From an uncultured Prevotellaceae bacterium (GTDB lineage: Bacteria > Bacteroidota > Bacteroidia > Bacteroidales > Bacteroidaceae), in the NCBI GenBank assembly GCA_946411565.1, contig CAMKEM010000008.1, positions 1,160 to 65,159 of the forward strand: a DNA stretch of 64,000 bases, written 5' to 3'. Shown in pieces: positions 10,079 through 19,214 of this stretch (positions within the stretch are counted from its first letter, which is position 1; every line of letters starts with the position of its first letter). The position numbers and the translations under genes are program-made. The notes under the pieces are model-generated. The model was not told the origin of the DNA. It saw only the letters and a list, made by a program, of their open reading frames with translations, and did no database searches.

Positions 10079-10282
10079 ATGGAGAATAAGAACAAAGACA
10101 GTGAGCGTTCCGTATCCAGATGGTGGAATCCATTGGTGTATGTGTATGCGATTATCGCTCCATTGGCAGGAGCAGTCCTCTGTGCCGTAGCAGGATTATT
10201 CGTAGGAGCAGTCCTCGGTTATGAGGAAGGATTAAGAAGATCCTGCAACAAGATGGAAGAAGTAATTAACCAACTCCCATGA
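10079..10282 (+). CDS. Small membrane protein
   Basis: Central hydrophobic stretch; ATG 10079. Confidence 0.6.
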   Translation: MENKNKDSERSVSRWWNPLVYVYAIIAPLAGAVLCAVAGLFVGAVLGYEEGLRRSCNKMEEVINQLP

Positions 10283-10285
10283 GCT

Positions 10286-10753
10286 ATGCAGAACTATCGT
10301 CGCTTCTATGCCTCTCTGAACCGTCTGCCAGACGGTGGTATCGGAGAAATGAAAGAAACCCTTGTGTCAAGCTTCACGAATGGACGCACGATCCATCTGC
10401 ACGAAATGACACAGAAGGAGTATGATGCCATGTGTGCCTCGCTTGAGGAGCGCCTTGGATGGAAGGAACTGCTGAAGAAGAAACGCAGCCTTTGCCTGAA
10501 GCTTATGCAGAAGGCAGGTGTGGATACAACGGACTGGCAGCGTATCAACGACTTCTGCAGGAATCCGAAGATAGCCGGTAAGGTATTTGCCCAGTTGGGA
10601 GTGAAAGATCTCGACGCATTGCAGGTGAAGCTTCGAGCCATAATGGGCAAAGGCGGATTGAGACAGGCCAATGTTGAGACCGTGCCTCAACAGAAAGTAC
10701 ATGGCAAGACAATCGTGGCTGTTCCGTTAAGCAACGTAATAGGACAGGCATAA
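10286..10753 (+). CDS. Phage protein, possibly GemA/gp16-like
   Basis: NYRRFYASL...FTNGRT.HL.EMTQKEY pattern; position in the early region. Confidence 0.65.
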   Translation: MQNYRRFYASLNRLPDGGIGEMKETLVSSFTNGRTIHLHEMTQKEYDAMCASLEERLGWKELLKKKRSLCLKLMQKAGVDTTDWQRINDFCRNPKIAGKVFAQLGVKDLDALQVKLRAIMGKGGLRQANVETVPQQKVHGKTIVAVPLSNVIGQA

Positions 10754-10779
10754 GTAACCAACTAAAAAAAACAGAAATT

Positions 10780-10932
10780 ATGAAGCATGAAATCAAAGAC
10801 TTGAGTGATCTTGCAGGTGGAATGGTGATAGAAACCGACCCACCCAAGTGTGATACCTGCCTGAATGACAAGGCTGGAACCTGTTGCGTAAAGCTGCACC
10901 TGTATGGCGGTGAGATTTGCGTGGCAAAATAG
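10780..10932 (+). CDS. Small Cys-rich hypothetical protein (50 aa)
   Basis: Manual translation MKHEIKDL...CDTC...CC...; A-rich leader. Confidence 0.45.
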   Translation: MKHEIKDLSDLAGGMVIETDPPKCDTCLNDKAGTCCVKLHLYGGEICVAK

Positions 10933-10965
10933 AACCCAAATATTAACAATCAAAAATCAAAGACA

Positions 10966-11526
10966 ATGGCAAGACAGAAGAAGACCATTATCAACGGCGT
11001 GACCCGAGAGGCAGCCGATGAAGCATTCGCAACCTATGCGAAGAGTGACGCACAGATCCAGAAGATCAACGCAGAGATAGAGCTGCAGTGCGCCAAGATC
11101 CGTGAGAAGTACGCAGACAAGCTGGCAGCTCTGGGCGATGACAGAGACAAGGCATTCGACGTACTCCAGAGTTTCGCAACCGAGAACCAGGTGGAGTTGT
11201 TCACCAAGAAGAAGAGCCTCGACATGGCACATGGTACCATCGGCTTCAGAACCGGCACTCCAAAGCTCAAGACCCTGAAGGGCTTCACATGGGCAAGTGC
11301 CCTGAACCTCGTCAAGACATTCCTTCCAAGCTATATCCGTCAGACGGAAGAGATTGCCAAGGACAAGTTGCTTGCAGACCGTGACGTGGAGGTAGCGGTG
11401 GAGCGTAGTGACAGCCAGCGCCCTGTAAACGTATCGATGCGAACTGCGATGGCAGAGTGCGGTATTCAGGTGGTTCAGGACGAGACCTTCTACGTAGAAC
11501 CGAAGAAAGAGGAGAACGTGGTATGA
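10966..11526 (+). CDS. gam: Mu Gam-like host-nuclease inhibitor
   Basis: KKKSLDMAHGTIGFRTGTPKL and C-terminal VVQDETFYVE. Confidence 0.88.
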   Translation: MARQKKTIINGVTREAADEAFATYAKSDAQIQKINAEIELQCAKIREKYADKLAALGDDRDKAFDVLQSFATENQVELFTKKKSLDMAHGTIGFRTGTPKLKTLKGFTWASALNLVKTFLPSYIRQTEEIAKDKLLADRDVEVAVERSDSQRPVNVSMRTAMAECGIQVVQDETFYVEPKKEENVV

Positions 11527-11702
11527 GGAAAGAAGTGACCAAGCCCGAGAAAGTTGCCTTGTGCCGTGAGTGCCACGGCACGGGCACGGTCACTAAGCTT
11601 GGCATTTCGAGGAAGTGCCCGAACTGTGACGGAAGTGGCAGGGTGCTCGTGAGTTGCGTGATGACTCTTGAGATCCGGCCATACAAGAAAGAAAGTAAGT
11701 AA
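11523..11702 (+). CDS. Zinc-finger protein (DnaJ-type)
   Basis: CRECHGTG and CPNCDGSG; ATGA overlap with gam. Confidence 0.7.
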   Translation: MRKEVTKPEKVALCRECHGTGTVTKLGISRKCPNCDGSGRVLVSCVMTLEIRPYKKESK

Positions 11703-11725
11703 TCCTGATATATCCAGTCAATCGC

Positions 11726-12016
11726 ATGGGAATAAAGAAGCGCAAAGGAAAGAGTTACGCAAAGCGAGTAGCCGACATAAACCAGATCTATGACACCTAC
11801 GTAAAGACAGGTCTTCCGAACAGGGAGATATGGAAGCGTTACATATATCCGCAGTTCGGCATCTGTGAGCGTACCTTCTACAATCTGTTGAAAGCATCGT
11901 CCAACCCTCTGTTCGAGGCACGGGCGGAGCTTTTGACTGAAGGCTTCTTGTTCCCAGAACTATTATATCCCGAAGATGAAGTCAGAGACCCAGCTTATTT
12001 TAAGAAGAATCCTTAA
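11726..12016 (+). CDS. Small HTH DNA-binding protein (candidate middle/late activator)
   Basis: IWKRYIYPQFGICERTFYNLL is HTH-like. Confidence 0.65.
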   Translation: MGIKKRKGKSYAKRVADINQIYDTYVKTGLPNREIWKRYIYPQFGICERTFYNLLKASSNPLFEARAELLTEGFLFPELLYPEDEVRDPAYFKKNP

Positions 12017-12539
12017 GGATATTCAGGTGGAACTTTCGGATGAGTTCGACCAGAACTTTGAGCGTGAGGCATTCTTTAGCGAGGCATGGCAGCGCAGGAA
12101 GAGCCCGACACGCCCGGATGGTCACATACTGGTCGATACAGGTCAGTTGCGCCGAAGCATCCAGAGCAGGACAACGGAGAACAGCATCGTGTTCTTCACG
12201 ACTGAGCCATACGCAGCCATCCATAATGATGGCGGTGAGATAGTGGTGACAAAGAAGATGAAGAAATTCTTCTGGCATAAATACTACGAGGCAACGCAGT
12301 CATTCGGAAGGAAGAAGGACGGTAGTCCGAGAAAGGACAAACGCACGGTGCAACTTAATGCTGAAGCCGAGTTCTGGAAGTTCATGGCATTGAAGAAGGC
12401 AGGAACGACAATCAAGATACCGAGACGGCGTTTCCTTGGCACGAGTCCGGAGGTGGAGCAAGCGGTTAGGAGCATCATCGAGGAGAATCTGGAAGGATAC
12501 ATAGAGGAAGCAATCAGTTTTTCAATTAAAGAATCATGA
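11976..12539 (+). CDS. Phage virion morphogenesis protein (Mu gpG-like)
   Basis: LVDTGQLRRSI, YAAIHNDGG and IPRRRFLG. Confidence 0.88.
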   Translation: MKSETQLILRRILKDIQVELSDEFDQNFEREAFFSEAWQRRKSPTRPDGHILVDTGQLRRSIQSRTTENSIVFFTTEPYAAIHNDGGEIVVTKKMKKFFWHKYYEATQSFGRKKDGSPRKDKRTVQLNAEAEFWKFMALKKAGTTIKIPRRRFLGTSPEVEQAVRSIIEENLEGYIEEAISFSIKES

Positions 12540-13033
12540 GAAAGGAATTATACAAAGCAATATGCGAACGGCTTTCAAAGCTATATGTAACGCCCGATGG
12601 TTGGCATAGATTTGTAGAGCCAGGTGAGGAGATTCCCGAAGGCTGGGAACGCCTGATCAGACACATAGACCTGTGGAACCATAACGTGGAGTTCATCGAG
12701 CAGGAAGAGAACTGGGAACGCCCTGCGGTGTTCGTGGAGTTCAAGCCAATCAAATGGGATGCAATTAAAACAGGTGTGGAGTATCGTGCAGAACCAGTTG
12801 TGGATCTCCATGTGGTGACAGACTGGCAGGGAAGTGCATCGGTAGGCAGTCCTTTCAGGGAAGAAAGCCTGAAGGTGTTCGATATCTTAGATACCATCCA
12901 CAGCGTGTTGGTTGGCATGAATGGTGAGACCTTTGCTGAGTTTGACCTTATGGGTAGCAGTACGAACCATAACCACGATGAGATAATCGAGAACATTGAA
13001 AGCTACGTGTGCGTGGCACTAAGAATATCATAG
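12536..13033 (+). CDS. Tail completion/terminator-like protein
   Basis: IRHIDLWN...PAVFVEF, Mu gp37-like pattern and position. Confidence 0.65.
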   Translation: MRKELYKAICERLSKLYVTPDGWHRFVEPGEEIPEGWERLIRHIDLWNHNVEFIEQEENWERPAVFVEFKPIKWDAIKTGVEYRAEPVVDLHVVTDWQGSASVGSPFREESLKVFDILDTIHSVLVGMNGETFAEFDLMGSSTNHNHDEIIENIESYVCVALRIS

Positions 13034-13037
13034 GACT

Positions 13038-13184
13038 ATGGAATATGTAAGAAGAATTCACCGCGAGGATTTTAGAGGATTGAAAGATATTGTCAGATTC
13101 CTTTTGCGTTTCCCCAATATACTGGTCGTAAGGTTGGATGCGCTGTATAAGCAGGGCTATCGTCTGTGGTATTCGATAGGATGA
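13038..13184 (+). CDS. Small hypothetical protein (48 aa)
   Basis: Manual translation MEYVRRIHRE...; fills the gap in the operon. Confidence 0.4.
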   Translation: MEYVRRIHREDFRGLKDIVRFLLRFPNILVVRLDALYKQGYRLWYSIG

Positions 13185-13245
13185 GGAGAGACCATTTTCC
13201 TGACATCAGGAAAATGGTGGTAACGACAGATAATTGCAACTAATT

Positions 13246-13566
13246 ATGGAAGGATTCAAGAAGTTTAAGTTGTTCGGTCTCTATTTCTATGTGTCAAGCA
13301 TCCGCATGAGACCGCGTCGCAATATAGACGAGAAGATGCGTAATCAGCGTAAGGTACTGCAGAGGATGAAGCCGGGCCTGTATAAGGAGCAGGGAGGGAT
13401 TTGCCCCATCTGTGGCAAGCATTTCGAGGAATACGCAATGGAGATGCATCATAAGATCGGGGTGAGTGATAGCCCGAATTTGGCTATGGTGAGGAAAAAT
13501 CTGGTGTTATTATGCCATAATTGCCATGTGGAGATTCACAAAACGAATAAAATTACTGAGGAATGA
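13246..13566 (+). CDS. HNH endonuclease
   Basis: CPICG...MHH...NLVLLCHNCHVEIH. Confidence 0.85.
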   Translation: MEGFKKFKLFGLYFYVSSIRMRPRRNIDEKMRNQRKVLQRMKPGLYKEQGGICPICGKHFEEYAMEMHHKIGVSDSPNLAMVRKNLVLLCHNCHVEIHKTNKITEE

Positions 13567-13607
13567 AAAAAAATCCGCGACTTCTTTTGGAGGTTGCGGA
13601 TTTTTTT
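13566..13607. terminator. Bidirectional intrinsic terminator
   Basis: A-tract ATCCGC...GCGGAT T-tract between convergent genes. Confidence 0.7.
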
Positions 13608-13616
13608 GTATATTTG
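13586..13616 (+). promoter_or_regulatory. Bacteroidetes promoter TTTG-N19-TATATTTG
   Basis: TTTG at 13586-13589 and TAnnTTTG at 13609-13616. Confidence 0.65.
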
Positions 13617-13622
13617 CAACAG

Positions 13623-13686
13623 AATAAGCACTGAAGGAATGGCAACCTGGCAATTGAGACCTAAGCGCCGCCTTCGGTGCTTTATT
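13623..13686 (+). ncRNA. Candidate hairpin sRNA abutting and antisense to the MuF 3' end
   Basis: 12-bp stem AAGCACTGAAGG/CCTTCGGTGCTT with a U.G wobble on the + strand, directly after the promoter. Confidence 0.45.
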
Positions 13687-15001
13687 CGTTTATATCGTTA
13701 ATTGAATAAAGGTAATACTTTACAATTATTCGACCATTATTTAATTCTTCAACATGCTTTGCAACGTTTAATCTGACAGTACGCCCATGCAGTTCAGCCT
13801 TGTAATAGTAGAAATGCACAATATGGTCTCGCCTTGTATGGGTTAGTACTGAATCATTAATGTAAGTACTGTTTTCAAGGAGTGCCCCCAAATCTTTCAA
13901 ATCTTCTTTAAGCAAGACTCTTGACCTGCCAAAAGTGTCAGAGAAGAGATGTTTGTTCCCATAGGTAGAGAACCCAACCTTGATTGTCCCCCTATCGATG
14001 GGCTTTTCATGTCTGATTTGAAGAAGTGGCTCCATTTCGTGAAGATAGTGTGTCCTCTCAATAGCAGTTGCGGACTTTGTTCTATCACCTACGCATTCGT
14101 GCAGTATCCGGCACGCTGCACATAGTTCGTTGTCTGGTATGAATGCCAATTCTATTTTCCCATTGGCGACATCGCAATCCTTACAACGCTTGATGGTGTA
14201 AGGGTTGTAGTCAGGGAAAGACTTCTGCTCGATACCAGGATTGAAGCGGAAGATGCGTTTGGTGTCCTTGCCTGTAGCCTCCTCTCCGAGAGCCATAGCT
14301 TCATCGTGCGGAGTTTCTGGGTACTTTGACTTACGAACCTGAACGACGGTGCAACGGCAGTTCCACCCGTTAGGCGGATAGAACTCCTTCCAGAAGGAAT
14401 CGGTAACAGGCAGAGTCACGCGGTCGAGCGCAGCATGTTCGGGGCGTACCTTTTTGTCACGCTGTGTGCGGTACTGGAGGTTGTAGCGGTCGCCATCCTG
14501 CATAAAGCCCTCCCACTTGGAAGCCATATTCGCTGAAGCCTGACAGAAGTTGTACTCAGCACGGAGATAGTTGCGGTTGTATGTGCGGTCTATCTTTTGA
14601 ACGTCATTCAAAAACTGTTCGAATGGCTTTCTATTGCCGTTCTCATCAATGAGTGACGGGAATGCCTCGTTGAGTTCGTGGAAGGTCTTCATTCCTGAGA
14701 AGATGTAATTAGACTGTTGCAGTCGCTGACGCATGATATCAGACATCTCTACCTGTTGGAAAGAAGAGTCAAGAGCCTTGGCGTGAGTGTCGATGAACTC
14801 CTGCATCTGCGGTTTTTCGAGTATCTCAATGCGGAACTGCGAACCCTCGACCTTATACAGGATCTTCATCATGTTCTCGAAGAGCCGTGAAAGTTCCTGA
14901 CGAATCTCATCCTCACGGCTGAAGGTTGCTTGCAAGGCTTCTTCGCCTAATATCTGGGCATAGCGTTGGTGCAGCCCCAGATAGTCACTGGGGCTTAGTC
15001 G
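13682..15001 (-). CDS. Mu gpF-like minor head protein with C-terminal toxin-like extension; probably made as a -1 frameshift fusion to portal
   Basis: LQYRT..D.KVRPEHAAL...YPPNGWNCRC MuF motif. The frame is open back through the slippery site at 15001-15010 with no nearby ATG. Confidence 0.85.
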   Translation of the reverse strand, partial: RLSPSDYLGLHQRYAQILGEEALQATFSREDEIRQELSRLFENMMKILYKVEGSQFRIEILEKPQMQEFIDTHAKALDSSFQQVEMSDIMRQRLQQSNYIFSGMKTFHELNEAFPSLIDENGNRKPFEQFLNDVQKIDRTYNRNYLRAEYNFCQASANMASKWEGFMQDGDRYNLQYRTQRDKKVRPEHAALDRVTLPVTDSFWKEFYPPNGWNCRCTVVQVRKSKYPETPHDEAMALGEEATGKDTKRIFRFNPGIEQKSFPDYNPYTIKRCKDCDVANGKIELAFIPDNELCAACRILHECVGDRTKSATAIERTHYLHEMEPLLQIRHEKPIDRGTIKVGFSTYGNKHLFSDTFGRSRVLLKEDLKDLGALLENSTYINDSVLTHTRRDHIVHFYYYKAELHGRTVRLNVAKHVEELNNGRIIVKYYLYSINDINE

Positions 15002-16320
15002 AAAAAAGGGCGTGCATTTTGCGCCTGTGGCTTCTTTTTGCCCGGCTTGGGTGTTTTATTACCCTTCGAGCCATCATCGCCACCGTCGGGCTCTGTGGGC
15101 GCAACAGGTGCCAATGGTTGCCTACGCTCACCAACAGGCATGTTGTATTTCTCCTCGAAGTATGTAGGATCAACCTCGTAGTTGTTAAGCACCATATCCT
15201 CGTAAGCCACCTGTTGCTCAGGTGTATAGTCAACGGAGTAGTCCCAGTCGAAGTGTATTCCTGTGAGAGGGAAACCATGACGGATCATGTGAGGGATGAG
15301 CTGGTTGTTCACCATGTCGCGTATGGTGTCACAGTCAGCCTCCACGAGATTCTGGAAAACTTCAAGATGGGTCTCAGACTGTGAGAGGCTACTTCCGTCT
15401 TCGATGGTCATAGTCTGTCCGATGATAAGCTTGGAGATTTCAGAGTTGGCACGGTCGATACGCTTGTCATAGACATTGAAGGCATCCCCCTTTGTTGATT
15501 CCACGACCTCAATCTCAGTACCCTCCTGGAATATGCCCCATCCCTCGGTACCCATGTCAGCCATCATCTTTTCCATCCTTGCGCGTTCCTTCTCATCGCG
15601 CGATGTGGTACGTGCAATGCGCATAGGCATTCCGAAGATCTCGGCAAAGGTGTCCCAGAAGGCGAGTGCATTCTTCTTTGGAATGGTCTGAGTAGCAGCC
15701 TTGAGATATAATCCGAGGTTGTCAGGCTGTCCCACCTCGATGAGCCAATCGGAGAACGGAGCTTCGTGATAGTCAATACCAGACTTCCAGTCCTGCCCGA
15801 GTTCGGTGATGACACGGTGATACTCAGGGATGACATGCTTTCGCGGGATGAGATTCGCCCCATCGTATGTGAGTCGTCCGTTTATGTCAGTCGTGATTCC
15901 CCCAAGCTCAATGAGTGAGTGTCCCCAGTAGTTGGCATCGAGTGCGAACTTCATCAGCAGCTTGAACCACGATGTGTTGAAGTATTTGGCAGCCTCTTCG
16001 TCTTCATCGCCATTCTCGTTAACCAGCTTGAAGGAACGAGCCATGACGAATCCCTCGCGTTGCTGTATGCAGCCGGAGAGATGCAGATCTATCTCCACAT
16101 CGCGGTAGATGTCGTAGAGGAACTGACGGTTCGGGTTGTCAATGTTAATGGCGCGTTGCCATGCCTGCCTCCAGTCGCCAATATCCTTACGGGTAAGCGA
16201 GTCGGTGGTGCGCTGAAGCTCCATGACCGTTTTCTTGAAACTCCTGGCATCCTTCTTAGCGAGGCGTAGCGTACCGAACGGTGTTTGCACCAAAGTCTTG
16301 TTCTTTTTGTCTTTTCCCAT
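14995..16320 (-). CDS. Portal protein (Mu gp29/DUF935-like)
   Basis: FWDTFAEIFGMPMRIART and ISKLIIGQTMT; adjacent to terminase. Confidence 0.88.
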   Translation of the reverse strand: MGKDKKNKTLVQTPFGTLRLAKKDARSFKKTVMELQRTTDSLTRKDIGDWRQAWQRAINIDNPNRQFLYDIYRDVEIDLHLSGCIQQREGFVMARSFKLVNENGDEDEEAAKYFNTSWFKLLMKFALDANYWGHSLIELGGITTDINGRLTYDGANLIPRKHVIPEYHRVITELGQDWKSGIDYHEAPFSDWLIEVGQPDNLGLYLKAATQTIPKKNALAFWDTFAEIFGMPMRIARTTSRDEKERARMEKMMADMGTEGWGIFQEGTEIEVVESTKGDAFNVYDKRIDRANSEISKLIIGQTMTIEDGSSLSQSETHLEVFQNLVEADCDTIRDMVNNQLIPHMIRHGFPLTGIHFDWDYSVDYTPEQQVAYEDMVLNNYEVDPTYFEEKYNMPVGERRQPLAPVAPTEPDGGDDGSKGNKTPKPGKKKPQAQNARPFFD

Positions 16321-16325
16321 AATGA

Positions 16326-16745
16326 TTACCAGTTATGACGTAGTTTTTTCTGACTTCCATATACCAACGGAAACCCGACAGGGTTGCCGTTCTCGTCAAT
16401 GGCGAGTGGCAAGTCAGGTATGATCTTACCAGCCTGTACCCCTTCCAGCCACTTGATGGCACGCTCGTATCGTTCCTTTCGTATCTCCATGCCCATCTTC
16501 TGCGGTGCAGATGCAGCCATGTGATATAGTGCGATGTCGCAGGTGTACATTACCACGAGTCTGTTGCGCTGAGTACCAGTAGCCTCGAATATGGCCACCG
16601 TATCATATTTTGGTCGGAGATAGCCGCTGATTTCCTCGACTGCCTCAGTCTCGGCATTGGCACGATTTTCCGTGCTGACCTGAGAGACCACCTTCAGAGC
16701 CTGTTCGCCGATGACCACCTTATAGTCTTCATCCGTGATAAACAT
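16326..16745 (-). CDS. Head-tail adaptor (Mu gp36/DUF1320-like)
   Basis: MFITDEDY...CDIALYH...RYERAIKWLEGV. Confidence 0.85.
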   Translation of the reverse strand: MFITDEDYKVVIGEQALKVVSQVSTENRANAETEAVEEISGYLRPKYDTVAIFEATGTQRNRLVVMYTCDIALYHMAASAPQKMGMEIRKERYERAIKWLEGVQAGKIIPDLPLAIDENGNPVGFPLVYGSQKKLRHNW

Positions 16746-16755
16746 AGCAGTACTT

Positions 16756-16986
16756 TTACATAGTTATATACAATGCCTTCTTCTCGATGTCCTGAACAGT
16801 CGTTCCCTTGCGGAAAGTTCCGTTGGCGATAAGCAGCCTTATCTCATGCTTAGAGACAACCATGAGTTTCTTGTTAAAGACAAGCACCATGTACTTACGG
16901 TGCGTTATGTGATGGAATTTATCAGCCTTCTTGACGGCACGCTTGAAGCGGAAGCCGAATATCAGTTCTTTAATCAGTTGGAACAT
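16756..16986 (-). CDS. Small basic phage protein
   Basis: ATG 16986 just after the terminase stop. Confidence 0.6.
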   Translation of the reverse strand: MFQLIKELIFGFRFKRAVKKADKFHHITHRKYMVLVFNKKLMVVSKHEIRLLIANGTFRKGTTVQDIEKKALYITM

Positions 16987-16987
16987 A

Positions 16988-18550
16988 TTACCATTGGTTT
17001 TTAGAGGTCGGACGCTTGCCGAACCTCGGTGAATAAATCTGTTGTCTTGTATTCTTCTGGAGAATATAGATAGCACCCTCATCAGCATCAGGAGCATCAT
17101 CATTGCCAGCCATACCCTTTTCGAATGCAAGAAGCTGGTCGAGTCCGGCTTGCATGTCAGGATCATCCTTCTGTGACAGGTCGTAGAACACGAAACCACG
17201 TTCCCATAGCGGACTTATGGCTTCGACTCTCTGGAACTTGTCGGGCTTCTTACGTGTATCGCCTGTAATAGGGAGCTGGTAGCCTCTCAGATTACCCTCG
17301 GTCGTGAACTCGTCGAGCAGGATGTCCTGCATGAATGAAGCCTCCATTGCAAAGCGTATGGCTATGCCAGCCTCGCGGCTCCATTCGTAGAGGTCATAGC
17401 ACCATCGGACAAGTTCCGCAACCGAAGCCTTGCGCACGAATGCGCGTAGATGCCACAGCTTTGTCCCCTGCTTTCCCCAGAGCTTTGCAGCCTTGGTATC
17501 GTTGCTCTTCTTGGATTTCCACGAAGGGTCTATGTAGAGGACGAATTCAGAGAAGTCCTTCCATGCAGGTCGCTTAGCCCATCTGATCCACTCCTGACGG
17601 AATACCGTGCCCTCCACGATCGGGTTGTGCATCATCTCCTTGTTCCATGCACGGAAGCCAACGAATTCAGCATACTCGCGTGCCTCCTCCTTAGTCCATT
17701 TCTCCTTCCATACTGGGTTTCCGTCGCTATCAACTGCATAGACGGTAGAGACATGCACGCCCTTGGTGGCGCAGATATTCGCCAGGACGGAAGTCTTGGA
17801 AATAAGGTTACCGACCATGAGGAAACGACCACGACCGACATCGAGAGCACCGAAGAGAGCCTCCTTCACCCAGTCGGTAAGCTCACGGACACGCCTCTCG
17901 TTACGGCAAAGCTCATCATCATCAAGGTCATCGATGACGATGTAGTCAGGTCGTGCCTCACGTTTGCGGAGACCACGAGGTGACTGTCCACGTCCACATG
18001 CAAGGAAATGCACACCGTCCTTCGTCGTAAACTCACCTTCCGTCCAGTCACCGAGAGAAATCTGCTTGCCGAAATCGGCAATGATGCGCTTGTTATACTG
18101 GAGCTCTGCCTGAATGTCGCCCAGAAGACGGTCTGCGCTGTCCTCTGATTTACCTACTATCACCATGAAATTGATGAGCCGTTTAGGCTGGAACATCAGC
18201 CATAGAGGCATGAAGATGTCGAAGTGGGTTGACTTGGCATGACCTCGTGGCCATTTGAATACCGCCTTGAGGTTAGGTGTGTTCTTGACCTTCGCTGCAG
18301 CAGCATTATGGAAAGGAGCGTTGTGAATGATGCGTATCGGTTCACCTGTTACCTTGTCGCGGAGAGTGAGGAAGTGAGGGAAGTAATACTCACAGAAAGC
18401 AGCATAGTCTTTCTGGAGCCGACGTATGCGCTGTTCCTTCTGCGTGGCGTTCTCACGTACAAGGCTTGCCGTATCCGTAAGGTTCTGGATCTGCCTGCAA
18501 TGTTCGCGCCATTCCTCCTGTATTTTCTTAAGTTCCGCTATTGATGCCAT
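16988..18550 (-). CDS. terL: Terminase large subunit
   Basis: WPRGHAKST, RPDYIVIDDLDD, YIDPS and NDDAPDA. Confidence 0.92.
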   Translation of the reverse strand: MASIAELKKIQEEWREHCRQIQNLTDTASLVRENATQKEQRIRRLQKDYAAFCEYYFPHFLTLRDKVTGEPIRIIHNAPFHNAAAAKVKNTPNLKAVFKWPRGHAKSTHFDIFMPLWLMFQPKRLINFMVIVGKSEDSADRLLGDIQAELQYNKRIIADFGKQISLGDWTEGEFTTKDGVHFLACGRGQSPRGLRKREARPDYIVIDDLDDDELCRNERRVRELTDWVKEALFGALDVGRGRFLMVGNLISKTSVLANICATKGVHVSTVYAVDSDGNPVWKEKWTKEEAREYAEFVGFRAWNKEMMHNPIVEGTVFRQEWIRWAKRPAWKDFSEFVLYIDPSWKSKKSNDTKAAKLWGKQGTKLWHLRAFVRKASVAELVRWCYDLYEWSREAGIAIRFAMEASFMQDILLDEFTTEGNLRGYQLPITGDTRKKPDKFQRVEAISPLWERGFVFYDLSQKDDPDMQAGLDQLLAFEKGMAGNDDAPDADEGAIYILQKNTRQQIYSPRFGKRPTSKNQW

Positions 18551-18559
18551 GATGTATGC

Positions 18560-19033
18560 TTAGAGTTCTGCTGATGGAGCCATCTTCTCCATGAGGAATT
18601 TGTTCTGGTACTTGTTGATAGCCTTGATGAGTTCGGGGGTGATCTCAGGGTTGTATGTAGCCTGATCCTGAATCCATCGGTTGAATGCCATGAATACCTC
18701 GATAGCATCGATGACGTTAGCCTTCTTGTCGAGCTTCTCTATTGTAGCCGAAAGTTTGGAAAGCTTGTCGGCAAGAGTGCCGATAGCCTCGGGATCACCG
18801 GATTCGTTGACCTGCCCGATGAGCTTGTCGATGGCGAGGAGAAGTTTGTTGACCAGTTCGGGGCGTGATATGTTCTTGGCTGCTCGTGCCTCCTTCCATC
18901 CGTCGGCTGCACACCACTTGGAGACGGATTGCCTTGACACGCCCAACTGTTCTGCAATCTCCGTCAGTTCCATGCCAGAGAGGTACAAAGACCTTCCGAG
19001 CGGTTTCTTTTTTTCAATTTCTGCCTTTGTCAT
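18560..19033 (-). CDS. terS: Terminase small subunit (HTH)
   Basis: EIAEQLGVSRQSVSKW HTH directly upstream of terL. Start moved to ATG 19033. Confidence 0.8.
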   Translation of the reverse strand: MTKAEIEKKKPLGRSLYLSGMELTEIAEQLGVSRQSVSKWCAADGWKEARAAKNISRPELVNKLLLAIDKLIGQVNESGDPEAIGTLADKLSKLSATIEKLDKKANVIDAIEVFMAFNRWIQDQATYNPEITPELIKAINKYQNKFLMEKMAPSAEL

Positions 19034-19214
19034 AATGTGTGTGGTTAAAAAATTACTGCAAAGGTGATCATTTTCAGACAGTCGAAGAAAAAAGAGAGCA
19101 AGCGTTTCATAGAAGTGTGCAACCATTTCATACATTTTTTGTAATGTGAGGGAAAATGACAAACTTTGCATCGTTAATAATCGCAGCTGTGTCGTGGACA
19201 CAGCATAAAGAACA

